Positions 37,011 to 46,321 of a stretch of DNA of 64,000 nt are shown in pieces (the stretch's first letter is position 1; each line of letters begins with the position of its first letter). Made by a program: the position numbers and the translations under genes. Origin of the DNA: an uncultured Alphaproteobacteria bacterium (GTDB taxonomy: Bacteria; Pseudomonadota; Alphaproteobacteria; VGEJ01). The notes under the pieces are model-generated. The model did no database searches. It was given only the letters and a program-made list of their open reading frames with translations, and was not told the origin of the DNA. The stretch covers positions 367 through 64,366 of the forward strand of contig CAJWJK010000008.1 of the NCBI GenBank assembly GCA_913041535.1, in the 5' to 3' direction.

Positions 37011-38945
37011 ATGAAAAGGGTACCTCGGGCAAGAGCACGTGAGGGGCGGCCCGGTCAAGTGGCTCCAACTGTACCAAGAACAGCGGTAGATGAAGCCGTT
37101 GCAGTTGCGTTAAATCATCATAAAGTTGGCAAGTTTGAGGAAGCCTCACGGATTTACGAAGAGATCTTGCGCGTAAAGCCAGGGCACGCTGACGTTTTGC
37201 ATCTTTTCGGGGTATTGAACGCCCAGATGAGTAAGTTCGACGTAGCGGTGCCTCTTCTCACAAAAGCGGTCCGAAAACAGCCACGTAACAAAGGATTCTT
37301 GCTAGATTTAGCTAATGCACTAAGGAAATCTGGCCAGACTGACGAGGCTATTTCAATTTTTAGAAGGGCCGTTGGTATTGATCGAAAAGATGCAAACATT
37401 CGGTATAACCTTGGCAATGCATTGCGCGATGTTGGCCACTTGGAGAAGGCGGCGGGGGCATATCAAGAGTCCCTTTCAATCAATGCAAATAACCTTGCAG
37501 TGCAGACTAACCTTGGCCTTGTATTGTTTGAGTTGGGCAATAGTGAGGGTGCTGTAGAAGCACTTGAACGAGCTATAGAAATCGACCCGAGTCAACCGGA
37601 GCCGTTGTCTAACCTAGCTAATGTCCAGCAGAGTCTTGGCGAGCTTGAGGAGGCGGAGAAAAATCTACGTCGGGCAATTGAAATTGAGCCGAACTATGCA
37701 TCTGCTTATTGTAATCTTGGAAATGTGCTTCAGGATATGTACCGTTTAGTTGAGGCAGAAAAGTACTATCGTAAAGCCATAGAAATTATGCCCGACTATG
37801 CGACGGCGTACTCAAATCTTGGCAATGCCCTTCAAGCTCTTAGCAGGTATGATGAAGCGGTAGCATGTGGTGAGAAAGCGATAGCTCTTGATCCACGCAA
37901 AGATAGTCATTTCTCTAATCTCGGTATGTCCTACGTTGCTCGTGGTGAAAACGACAAAGCGCTGGAGTGCTTTAGGCATGCTGCAGTAATGCGCCATGGT
38001 CCTCCAATAGTTGATCTCAATAACGTCGGTGAAGAATGCGGCGGTGCATTGGATGTTAGTCGGACCATGGTTCCTTTCAAGCTAAAGCATGATGCCGAAC
38101 AAATAAGGCACCTCTGTTCAGAGGGGTGTCTACACAATTCAATGAAAGAGATTGCAGAGAATTACGAGAACATTTTGCAATCATCAGTACCCAATAACGC
38201 AATGCAGGAGCCGATTAAACTCAATAAACAGAATTGGATTGCAATTGGGAAAACATATAACAAGCCATTACATGTTCCTGATGTTTCAGCGCTTGCAGGG
38301 GGAACTTTGGATTCTGGACTGGATGTGCGCTCGATAGAAGCTAACTATATTTCAGGCAAGCCAAAGATTGTTATTGTTGACAGTTTGTTAAATGAGCCTG
38401 CTCTTAACCGTCTGTGGCGGTTCTGCCTGGATGCCACAATATGGTATCAAGTAAAACATGGCTATCTTGGCGCTTATCTAATTGATGGTTTTGGTACTGA
38501 ATTGACCCTTCAAATTGCTTCTGAGTTAAAGGACAAGTTCCCCGGAATATTTCGTCACCATCAGTTGAAACAAATGTGGGCATACAAATATGATTCTCAG
38601 CTTGAGGGAATTAAAATCCACGCTGATTTTGCTGCTGTTAATGTCAATTTTTGGTTGACGCCAGATGCTGCTAATTGTGACCCTGTTTCGGGGGGGCTGC
38701 GCATCTACAAGGTGAAGGCGCCAAATGAATGGAGTTTTCGAAAATATAATACAGATGTTGAAGCAATGGAGTCTTTTGTAAGCACATCTGGAAATGAACC
38801 ACTTATTGTGCCCTATCGGCAGAATCGGGCAGTTATATTTGACTCAGATTTATTTCATCGTACCGATAATCTTGATTTTAAATCAGGGTACGAAAACCGA
38901 CGCATTAATGTCACAATGCTTTTTGGAGACCGCCACAAGCAATAA
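37011..38945 (+). CDS. TPR-repeat protein fused to a C-terminal 2OG-Fe(II) oxygenase-like (DSBH) domain
   Basis: About 8-9 TPR units (recurrent YNLGNAL / YSNLGNALQ) in residues ~30-330. The C-terminus has IHAD (HxD), a distal FHRTD His and RRINVT (a 2OG-binding Arg pattern). Confidence 0.65.
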   Translation: MKRVPRARAREGRPGQVAPTVPRTAVDEAVAVALNHHKVGKFEEASRIYEEILRVKPGHADVLHLFGVLNAQMSKFDVAVPLLTKAVRKQPRNKGFLLDLANALRKSGQTDEAISIFRRAVGIDRKDANIRYNLGNALRDVGHLEKAAGAYQESLSINANNLAVQTNLGLVLFELGNSEGAVEALERAIEIDPSQPEPLSNLANVQQSLGELEEAEKNLRRAIEIEPNYASAYCNLGNVLQDMYRLVEAEKYYRKAIEIMPDYATAYSNLGNALQALSRYDEAVACGEKAIALDPRKDSHFSNLGMSYVARGENDKALECFRHAAVMRHGPPIVDLNNVGEECGGALDVSRTMVPFKLKHDAEQIRHLCSEGCLHNSMKEIAENYENILQSSVPNNAMQEPIKLNKQNWIAIGKTYNKPLHVPDVSALAGGTLDSGLDVRSIEANYISGKPKIVIVDSLLNEPALNRLWRFCLDATIWYQVKHGYLGAYLIDGFGTELTLQIASELKDKFPGIFRHHQLKQMWAYKYDSQLEGIKIHADFAAVNVNFWLTPDAANCDPVSGGLRIYKVKAPNEWSFRKYNTDVEAMESFVSTSGNEPLIVPYRQNRAVIFDSDLFHRTDNLDFKSGYENRRINVTMLFGDRHKQ

Positions 38946-39080
38946 TTGAGCTTAGGTTACGGGGCAGTTTGCAACCATTCTTCGGTCAACTATTTTTTGT
39001 CTTAAGTAGAGGTATTTCGTAGCTAGTTGTATTTTGGCAAGTGTTGGCTAATTATTCAAAGAAGGCCGTATTGGAGATAG

Positions 39081-39851
39081 TTAATATTTGCCTCGTGCAA
39101 TGAAGTATGGGTTTTCGAATCCTGGTTTTCCGTAGTGCAGATCCTTGCCATCCAGAGTACGCACACTACCACCGGCGGAGGCCAAGACCGCATGACCAGC
39201 GGCAGTATCCCATTCCATAGTACGGCCAAGCCGTGGGTATAGATCTGCTGCTCCCATTGCTACAAGGCAGAATTTGAGGGAACTGCCGGCTGCTGTAAAA
39301 CTTTTTACGTTAATAGATTTTAGCCATTCATCAGTGCGCGGATCACGATGTGAGCGACTTGCAACTACAACATATCCGTCAATTCCAGGCGTGCGCACTT
39401 CTATAATTTCATCTTTTTCAGCGCTGCGGCAATGTGCCTTGCTTAGTCCACTCGTATAGAAGCTTAATTCTTTTGCAGGTATGTGGACTACACCGAGGGT
39501 GGGCCGTCCTTCCTCGATTAGTGCAATATTGACAGTAAACTCCCCGTTGCGACTGATAAATTCACGTGTGCCATCAAGAGGATCAATCAACCAGAATGGT
39601 TGATTTCCTATCGATGGAATTTTGCCGGACGCCACCGATTCTTCAGCGATCATCGGAATATCTGGTGTAAGTTTTTTTAGACCATCAAGAATAACTTTCT
39701 CGGCAGCAATATCTGCCAATGTGACTGGAGATTTGTCTTTTTTTTGTTCAACGGTGATATCATTATCATAGTATCCGAGGATTACTTTTCCTGCTATTAC
39801 CGAAAGTCGTTTGACTTCATAAACTAGTTGTTCTTTGTTTGTAATTATCAC
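39081..39851 (-). CDS. cysQ: 3'(2'),5'-bisphosphate nucleotidase
   Basis: IMPase-fold motifs AEE, WLIDPLDGTREF and WDTAAGHAV; 256 aa. Confidence 0.82.
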   Translation of the reverse strand: MIITNKEQLVYEVKRLSVIAGKVILGYYDNDITVEQKKDKSPVTLADIAAEKVILDGLKKLTPDIPMIAEESVASGKIPSIGNQPFWLIDPLDGTREFISRNGEFTVNIALIEEGRPTLGVVHIPAKELSFYTSGLSKAHCRSAEKDEIIEVRTPGIDGYVVVASRSHRDPRTDEWLKSINVKSFTAAGSSLKFCLVAMGAADLYPRLGRTMEWDTAAGHAVLASAGGSVRTLDGKDLHYGKPGFENPYFIARGKY

Positions 39852-39884
39852 AGTAATTACTCGCTTTTTTAGGTGTTTAAGAGG

Positions 39885-40631
39885 CTACCAGCCACCAGTG
39901 ACATCCAGGAGAGCTCTACTGACGTAAGATGCATTATCACTGCATAGCCATACAATGGTTTTTGCAACTTCGTCAGGAGTGCCTGCACGCCTTAGTGGTA
40001 CATTAGGTGCAAAATCAATACGGCGGTTTGGTTCTCCATATTCGGCATGGATGTCAGTATCAATTAGGCCAGGGTTGACAGCATTTACACGGATCCCTTC
40101 AGGTCCAACTTCTTCTGCAAGTCCAATAGTAAATGTATCAAGAGCGCCTTTAGACGCGGAGTAGGGCACTAAAAGTCCGCCGCCACCAATGCGTGAAGCT
40201 ATAGAGGAAACGTTAACTATTGAGCCACCATTACCACCATTGACGGTAGACATCCGTCGAATCGCCTCGCGCGCACACAGGAAGCAGCCAATAATGTTGA
40301 TAGAAAATAGATCTGTTAGCATTTCACCAGTCGTTTCATCAACGCGACCAGGAATACCAATACTGCCACCGTTATTAACGAGTGCTGAGATTGTACCAAG
40401 CTCTCTGTCCATAGTTTCAAAGATACGAATTACATCTTTTTCTTTGCCGGTGCTGCCCTGAACAAGAGTAGCTTTGCCTCCAGAATCAATGATTCTCTTA
40501 ACAACGTGTGCAGCTTTCTTTTGGCTACGGTTATAATTTACACATACTGCGTAGCCTTGGCGGGCTGCTTCTAGTGCAGTTGCAGCGCCAATGCCGCGGC
40601 CGGCGCCAGTGACTAACATTACGCCACTCAT
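39885..40631 (-). CDS. SDR family oxidoreductase
   Basis: TGAGRGIG, NNGG and YSASKGA (YxxxK) motifs. Confidence 0.88.
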   Translation of the reverse strand: MSGVMLVTGAGRGIGAATALEAARQGYAVCVNYNRSQKKAAHVVKRIIDSGGKATLVQGSTGKEKDVIRIFETMDRELGTISALVNNGGSIGIPGRVDETTGEMLTDLFSINIIGCFLCAREAIRRMSTVNGGNGGSIVNVSSIASRIGGGGLLVPYSASKGALDTFTIGLAEEVGPEGIRVNAVNPGLIDTDIHAEYGEPNRRIDFAPNVPLRRAGTPDEVAKTIVWLCSDNASYVSRALLDVTGGW

Positions 40632-40732
40632 TTAAATTCTCACGTTTATTAGGTTGACGAGGTGAGTGGAGCACTAGGAGAAACTGAGGTCAAGACATGG
40701 GAAAGGGCTTGACTTAAGGCTATCATAAATTT

Positions 40733-40748
40733 AGAACAAAACATGAAC
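40733..40748 (+). promoter_or_regulatory. SOS-box-like direct repeat GAAC-N8-GAAC at the imuA start, preceded by TTGACT-17-TAGAAC
   Basis: GAACAAAAACATGAAC spans 40733-40748, and a third GAAC sits at 40762-40765. The canonical alphaproteobacterial LexA site is GAAC-N7-GAAC, so the spacing I count is 1 nt too wide. The promoter-like hexamers are at 40708-40713 and 40731-40736. Confidence 0.35.
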
Positions 40749-41528
40749 AAAAACCAGGACGGAACTGTGATAGCGCCTGTTCGTATAAACGTTTTATCTC
40801 TTGCTGAATTGAGGCGCCGGGTGGAATCAATCAAGTGTGCAAGATCTTTTGATTCTGGAATGGCAATGCCAATAGGGATCAAGAAAATTGATGATCGTCT
40901 TCCTGGTGGTGGATTGTCATTCGGCTGCTTACACGAGTTTATTGATAAGGGTTTTGATGCAGGCACTGGATTTTGCACTGCTTTGCTAGGAAAGTTGCTA
41001 GCTTACCGTGATGGATTTGTTCTTTGGTGTCTCTCTCTTTCAAGTATTCATGAGTTTGGGGGGTTGTACGCCCCAGGGTTAATGGCTGGAGGCTTAGACC
41101 CTCAGAGACTGATCGTTTTGCGTGCGGCTAGGGAAAAAGATGTTTTATGGGCGATGGAGGAAGGATTGCGTTGCAATTGCCTTGCTGCAGTGCTGGGTGA
41201 GGTGCGTCGTATTGATCTAAAGTCGAGTCGACGTCTTCAACTTGCTGCCAAGGCAAGTGGCACGAGTGCTTTTTTGTTGAGAAATTTAATAGCCGAAGGG
41301 GATTCATATTCAGCGGCTTCGACCACCCGCTGGCGGCTAACTACAGCGCCAGTGTCAGCATCTACAAAACAGCTATTACCTCTTAGAGAGCGTTGGCGCG
41401 TGGAGCTTCTACGTTGTCGGGGTGGCCTTCCAGGAGGAGAGTGGATATTGGAGTGGAATTATGAGGCGGGTGATTTCCATCTGGTTACCGACTTTTGTGA
41501 CCGATCGATTATGTCGACAAAAGGCTAA
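40743..41528 (+). CDS. imuA: ImuA (SOS-inducible mutagenesis protein, RecA/SulA-like)
   Basis: LAELRRRVESI...IDDRLPGGGLSFGCLHEF motif, and a position upstream of imuB-dnaE2. A GTG at 40767 preceded by AGGA is an alternative start. Confidence 0.75.
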   Translation: MNKNQDGTVIAPVRINVLSLAELRRRVESIKCARSFDSGMAMPIGIKKIDDRLPGGGLSFGCLHEFIDKGFDAGTGFCTALLGKLLAYRDGFVLWCLSLSSIHEFGGLYAPGLMAGGLDPQRLIVLRAAREKDVLWAMEEGLRCNCLAAVLGEVRRIDLKSSRRLQLAAKASGTSAFLLRNLIAEGDSYSAASTTRWRLTTAPVSASTKQLLPLRERWRVELLRCRGGLPGGEWILEWNYEAGDFHLVTDFCDRSIMSTKG

Positions 41529-43014
41529 ATGGCGTTATAAACCTCTAGCAACTGTAGCTTCGGCACATAAGGTTTTGAAAATCGAGTCGAGCAATCTTTC
41601 AGCGCGGTCAGGGGGAGTTTACCCCGGCTTTTTACTCGCCGATGCCTACGCACTGATACCTGATCTTAAGGTTTTTGAATCTGATCCAGTTGCTGATGCT
41701 AAAGAACTATCTTTGCTTGCTGATTGGTGCGGCTTTTACACGCCACGAGTTGCCGTCGATGGTATTGATTCTTTGTGGCTTGATATATCGGGGTGTGCAC
41801 ACCTTTTTGGTGGGGAAGATAGACTTGTTAATAATATAGAAAGTCGTATGCAGAGGGTTGGATTTGAAGCTCGTGTGGGACTTGCTGACAGTCCTGGTGC
41901 CGCCTGGGCGGCGGCACGTTTTCTTCAGGGAAAGAAAAGGTTGATTGCTCCTGGGGCCACATATTTTGCAATGATGGATCTACCATCTACAGCATTAAGA
42001 TTGCCACCCGATATTATTCATGGATTAGACTGTTTGGGACTTAGCAAAATCAGTGATTTTTTGGGGTGCCCAAGAGGGCCTTTAGCTGTTCGTTTCGGTT
42101 CTATCGTGGGGGAGCGAATTGACCAAGCTTTGGGTCGGTCTAAAGATTTAATTTCTTGGCGGAAAACAGTGCCATGTTTACGTGAACAAATTAGTTTTTC
42201 TGAGCCCCTGTGTCACGAGAATGATATTGCCGCTGCATCTCGTAGACTGATTGATCAGTTATGTTCGAAGCTTACTATTGACCAGTGTGGGGTGAGGAAG
42301 GTGGATTTAATTCTTTACACAGTCAATGGGAAGACTTGTAGGTTTTACATTAGAACCAAGACTCCAGAGCGAAACCCTGACCATCTAATGAAACTGTTAC
42401 GTGAGAATCTTAGAGGATTTGTTGCTGAATTTGGCATTGAAGCAGCGGTCTTAGCGGCATCTCAGGCTGAACCCTTGAGAGCAACTCAGCGCAGCATGGG
42501 AGGACGGCTTGAGAACCTCCACCAGCCTTCTGTCGTTGATAGTACAGAATTAGTAGAGTCAGTTAACCATTTGATTGACAGTTTGAGTAATAGAATAGGC
42601 GAACATAATGTTAGTCGTTTTGTATCTAGGGAAAGTCATCTTCCAGAAAGAGCAGTGTACTTGTGCCCTGCCCTAAAAGTGCCACTGAATATAAAAGAAG
42701 ATGAGATTAGTAAGCATAGTTTACAACGTCCAATTAGGCTGTTTTCGTATCCAGAAAGAATTAAAACTATTACTTCGGGACCTAATAAGCCGCCGACGTT
42801 ATTTTATTGGCGTAGAGAAGAACACCAGGTTGTTCGTGCTGAAGGTCCAGAACGTATCTCTCCAGAGTGGTGGCGGTATAAGAAACGCAGTACAGCAACT
42901 CGTGATTACTATCATGTTGAGGATGAGAGAGGTAAACGATTCTGGCTTTATTGTGAGAAAAATTGTCTTTCAAAAACTCCTCCGACCTGGTTTCTCCATG
43001 GTACTTTCGCATAA
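41461..43014 (+). CDS. imuB: ImuB (Y-family DNA polymerase-like accessory protein)
   Basis: The N-terminus MRRVISIWLPTFVTDRL is typical of ImuB. The gene sits between imuA and dnaE2. Confidence 0.8.
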   Translation: MRRVISIWLPTFVTDRLCRQKAKWRYKPLATVASAHKVLKIESSNLSARSGGVYPGFLLADAYALIPDLKVFESDPVADAKELSLLADWCGFYTPRVAVDGIDSLWLDISGCAHLFGGEDRLVNNIESRMQRVGFEARVGLADSPGAAWAAARFLQGKKRLIAPGATYFAMMDLPSTALRLPPDIIHGLDCLGLSKISDFLGCPRGPLAVRFGSIVGERIDQALGRSKDLISWRKTVPCLREQISFSEPLCHENDIAAASRRLIDQLCSKLTIDQCGVRKVDLILYTVNGKTCRFYIRTKTPERNPDHLMKLLRENLRGFVAEFGIEAAVLAASQAEPLRATQRSMGGRLENLHQPSVVDSTELVESVNHLIDSLSNRIGEHNVSRFVSRESHLPERAVYLCPALKVPLNIKEDEISKHSLQRPIRLFSYPERIKTITSGPNKPPTLFYWRREEHQVVRAEGPERISPEWWRYKKRSTATRDYYHVEDERGKRFWLYCEKNCLSKTPPTWFLHGTFA

Positions 43015-43040
43015 ATCCGTTCAGGAGGTGAAACATAGAA

Positions 43041-46000
43041 ATGTTAGTCTCTGAGCATCAATATACTGAGCTGCAGGTCACTAGTAATTTTAGTTTTCTA
43101 AGGGGTGCGTCACATCCTCAGGAGCTAGTGGCTACTGCTTCTGCGCTAAACCACTACGCAGTAGCAATCACAGACCGTAACTCTCTTGCCGGTGTGATTC
43201 GAGCGCACGTAGCAGCTAAGGCAATAGGGATTAGGTTGATTGTGGGGGCACGACTCGACCTTATAGATGGACTGAGTCTTCTTTGTTTTCCTACGGATCG
43301 CGATGCTTATGGTCGGTTAGCGAGATTACTGACGCTTGGTATGAGGAGAGCACCTAAAGGCAAGTGTTTTATTAGAAAAACCGATGTTATTGAACATTCA
43401 GGCGGACAAATTTTAGTAGCTTTACCACAGGAGAAAATTGATCAAGAGTTCTCTAAGGAGCTCGCCGATTGGCGCTCTATCTTGTCAGGTCCATTTTTTG
43501 TTGCTGCCCATTATCTCTATCGAGGAGATGACCAAGTTCGAATTACTCAGATTGCGGAGATTGCAGATCAATTTCGAGTGCCTCTCGTTGCAACTAATGA
43601 TGTTCACACCCATGTTGCGGAGCGACAATCACTTCAGGATGTTCTTACCTGTATTCGGGAGCACTGCACCCTTCAGGAAGCTGGTTATAGGCTGTTTGCA
43701 AATGCTGAACGTCATCTTAAATCAGTTGATGAGATGATGCATTTGTTTGAGGGTTGGGAGGATGCAGTGCTGCGTACCGTGGAAATTTCTAAGGCCTGTT
43801 GTTTTAGTTTGGATGAATTACGTTATGAATATCCAGATGGTAAATGTGGAAAAAATTCAGCACAGGAAGAGCTGGAACAACGAACTTGGAAAGGCGCGAA
43901 TGGTCGATATCCCAAAGGAATACCTAAAAATGTAGAAAAGTTATTACGGCATGAAATTAGTTTGATTAGCGCCCTTTCTTATGCCCCTTATTTTCTAACA
44001 GTTCATGATATTGTTTTGTTTGCTCGGAGCCGAGATATTTTATGCCAAGGTCGTGGTTCGGCTGCCAACTCAGCAGTTTGCTATTGCCTCGGAATAACCT
44101 CTGTTGATCCAGATAGGATTGGTTTGTTGTTTGAGCGCTTTGTTAGCGCTGAGCGGAATGAGCCCCCTGATATTGATGTAGACTTTGAACATGAGCGGCG
44201 TGAGGAGGTCATTCAGTATATCTATGAGAAGTACGGACGAGATCGTGCAGGACTTGCGGCAACAGTGGTTACGTACCGATTACGTAGTTCTATCCGAGAA
44301 GTCTTTAAGGTTTTTGGTTTATCGGATGATGTGGCACTAGCATTAAACAAAATTATGTGGAGGTCAGGTCAAGACGGTATTGATGAATCTAGAGTGTGTG
44401 AAGTGGGGCTTGATCCTAAAGACGATACTTTACATCTGGCGCTCGAGCTGTCCGAAGAGCTAGTGGGGTTTCCTCGCCATCTTTCACAGCATGTTGGGGG
44501 ATTTGTAATTACTCAAGGGCCGCTTTGTGAAATGGTGCCAATCACCAATACAGCGATGGGTAACCGCACAATTATCGAATGGGACAAAGACGATATCAAT
44601 GCACTTGGTATTCTTAAGATTGATTGCCTTGGTCTTGGAATGTTGACCTGTATAAGGAAGGCATTTGCGTTGATAAAGGAGCATCATGGTGGTGAGTTCA
44701 CTCTTTCTGATATTCCAGCTGAAGATCAAGAAGTTTACGATATGTTGTGTCGGGCTGATTCAGTCGGTGTATTCCAAGTGGAAAGCCGTGCCCAAATGAA
44801 TATGTTGCCACGACTAAAACCGCGTAATTTCTATGATTTAGTAATAGAGATTGCGATCGTTCGTCCCGGCCCGATTCAGGGAAACATGGTACATCCTTAT
44901 CTACGCCGTCGTCGTGGTGAAGAAGCAGTTTCTTTCCCTTCTAAAGAACTGCAAGAGGTTCTAGGTAAGACCCTCGGCGTTCCTCTGTTTCAGGAACAGG
45001 CAATGAGGATGGCAATTGTTGCAGCTGGTTTTACTCCTGCTGAAGCTGATTCGTTGCGTCGGGCCATGTCCTCTTTTCGCCGTACCGGTAGGGTTAGCAT
45101 GTTTAGAAAAAAACTTGTTGATGGAATGGTTAAACGAGGCTATGAGCGCACCTTTGCAGAGCGTTGCTATGAGCAAATTAAGGGTTTTGGAAATTATGGG
45201 TTTCCTGAGTCTCATGCGGCTAGTTTTTCTCTTCTGGTATATGTTTCATCTTGGCTCAAATATCACTATCCGGACGCGTTTTCTTGTGCGCTTCTTAACA
45301 GTCAGCCGATGGGGTTCTATGCACCAGGGCAGATTGTGCGTGATGCACGTGACCACGGTATAGAGGTGTTGGAAGTTGATGTTAATCATAGTTTTTGGGA
45401 TTGCACTTTAGAGCCTAGTTTTGGTCAGGAGTCTAAGACAATGTCTCTGAGACTCGGGTTTCGTCAGGTCAAAGGATTTACCAAGGTCTCAGCAGAAAAA
45501 CTGGTATCCCGCCGACAGCAGGGTTATCGAGAAATTTACGAAATATGGCAGCGTACTGGTCTTAGCCCCAGTATTCTTCAACACCTTGCAAGGGCCGATG
45601 CGTTTAATTCCATAGGGTTGTCTCGTCGGCAGGCGTTATGGGCGATTCAGGGCCTTGGAGCTGTTCCATTACCGCTTTTTTCAACTTTGGATAAGGGTGT
45701 TAATAATAAGGAAATATTGTCTGAAACAGTCTCTGAACCAGGGACTAATTTACCAACCATGACACTTGGACAAGAGGTGCTTGGTGATTACAGGTCACTC
45801 AGATTAACTTTGAAAAAACATCCACTTGAGCTATTGAGGCCCCTGTTTTCAGATGAACGATTCATCACTAACCAAACACTCAAAGAAATGTCAGCAGGAC
45901 AGATGGTGAGAGTTTGTGGATTGGTAGTTTGCCGTCAGAGGCCTAGTACAGCAGGAGGAGTTATCTTTATAACAATTGAGGATGAAGAGGCTGTGGCAAA

Positions 46001-46271
46001 CGTTGTTATCCGCCCAAATATTTTTGAACAATTCCGCAAGACTGTCTTGTGTAGTCTTTTGATCGGTGTTGTTGGTAAAGTTGAGCGTGAAGGCCCAGTT
46101 GTTCACGTTGTTGCTAGTAAGTTGTTCGATTACTCTGATCGGATCAGTGAACTTTCCCACATTGATCTGAATAATCATTCCCTCATGTTAGTAGCTGATG
46201 ATTCCAGAGATAAAGTCAGTAGAAGATGGAGGGCTAATGCAGTTACATTTACCTCACGGGATTTTCATTGA
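43041..46271 (+). CDS. dnaE2: error-prone DNA polymerase DnaE2 (ImuC)
   Basis: 1076 aa with a PHP N-terminus (YTELQVTSNFSFLRGASHPQELV) and Pol III alpha core motifs (PDIDVDFE, GLGMLT, VRPGPIQG). Confidence 0.9.
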   Translation: MLVSEHQYTELQVTSNFSFLRGASHPQELVATASALNHYAVAITDRNSLAGVIRAHVAAKAIGIRLIVGARLDLIDGLSLLCFPTDRDAYGRLARLLTLGMRRAPKGKCFIRKTDVIEHSGGQILVALPQEKIDQEFSKELADWRSILSGPFFVAAHYLYRGDDQVRITQIAEIADQFRVPLVATNDVHTHVAERQSLQDVLTCIREHCTLQEAGYRLFANAERHLKSVDEMMHLFEGWEDAVLRTVEISKACCFSLDELRYEYPDGKCGKNSAQEELEQRTWKGANGRYPKGIPKNVEKLLRHEISLISALSYAPYFLTVHDIVLFARSRDILCQGRGSAANSAVCYCLGITSVDPDRIGLLFERFVSAERNEPPDIDVDFEHERREEVIQYIYEKYGRDRAGLAATVVTYRLRSSIREVFKVFGLSDDVALALNKIMWRSGQDGIDESRVCEVGLDPKDDTLHLALELSEELVGFPRHLSQHVGGFVITQGPLCEMVPITNTAMGNRTIIEWDKDDINALGILKIDCLGLGMLTCIRKAFALIKEHHGGEFTLSDIPAEDQEVYDMLCRADSVGVFQVESRAQMNMLPRLKPRNFYDLVIEIAIVRPGPIQGNMVHPYLRRRRGEEAVSFPSKELQEVLGKTLGVPLFQEQAMRMAIVAAGFTPAEADSLRRAMSSFRRTGRVSMFRKKLVDGMVKRGYERTFAERCYEQIKGFGNYGFPESHAASFSLLVYVSSWLKYHYPDAFSCALLNSQPMGFYAPGQIVRDARDHGIEVLEVDVNHSFWDCTLEPSFGQESKTMSLRLGFRQVKGFTKVSAEKLVSRRQQGYREIYEIWQRTGLSPSILQHLARADAFNSIGLSRRQALWAIQGLGAVPLPLFSTLDKGVNNKEILSETVSEPGTNLPTMTLGQEVLGDYRSLRLTLKKHPLELLRPLFSDERFITNQTLKEMSAGQMVRVCGLVVCRQRPSTAGGVIFITIEDEEAVANVVIRPNIFEQFRKTVLCSLLIGVVGKVEREGPVVHVVASKLFDYSDRISELSHIDLNNHSLMLVADDSRDKVSRRWRANAVTFTSRDFH

Positions 46272-46321
46272 CGGTGAGTATTATTACAACGAATAGCTAC
46301 GAATTCAGGAGGAAATAACAG

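Noticed and set aside
42701-43054. 117-aa ORF overlapping the imuB 3' end, and similar long alternative-frame ORFs elsewhere (20632-21036, 51720-52157, 61944-62447).
   Set aside because: All are embedded in, or antisense to, genes with strong family signatures. None has an RBS or a recognisable motif.
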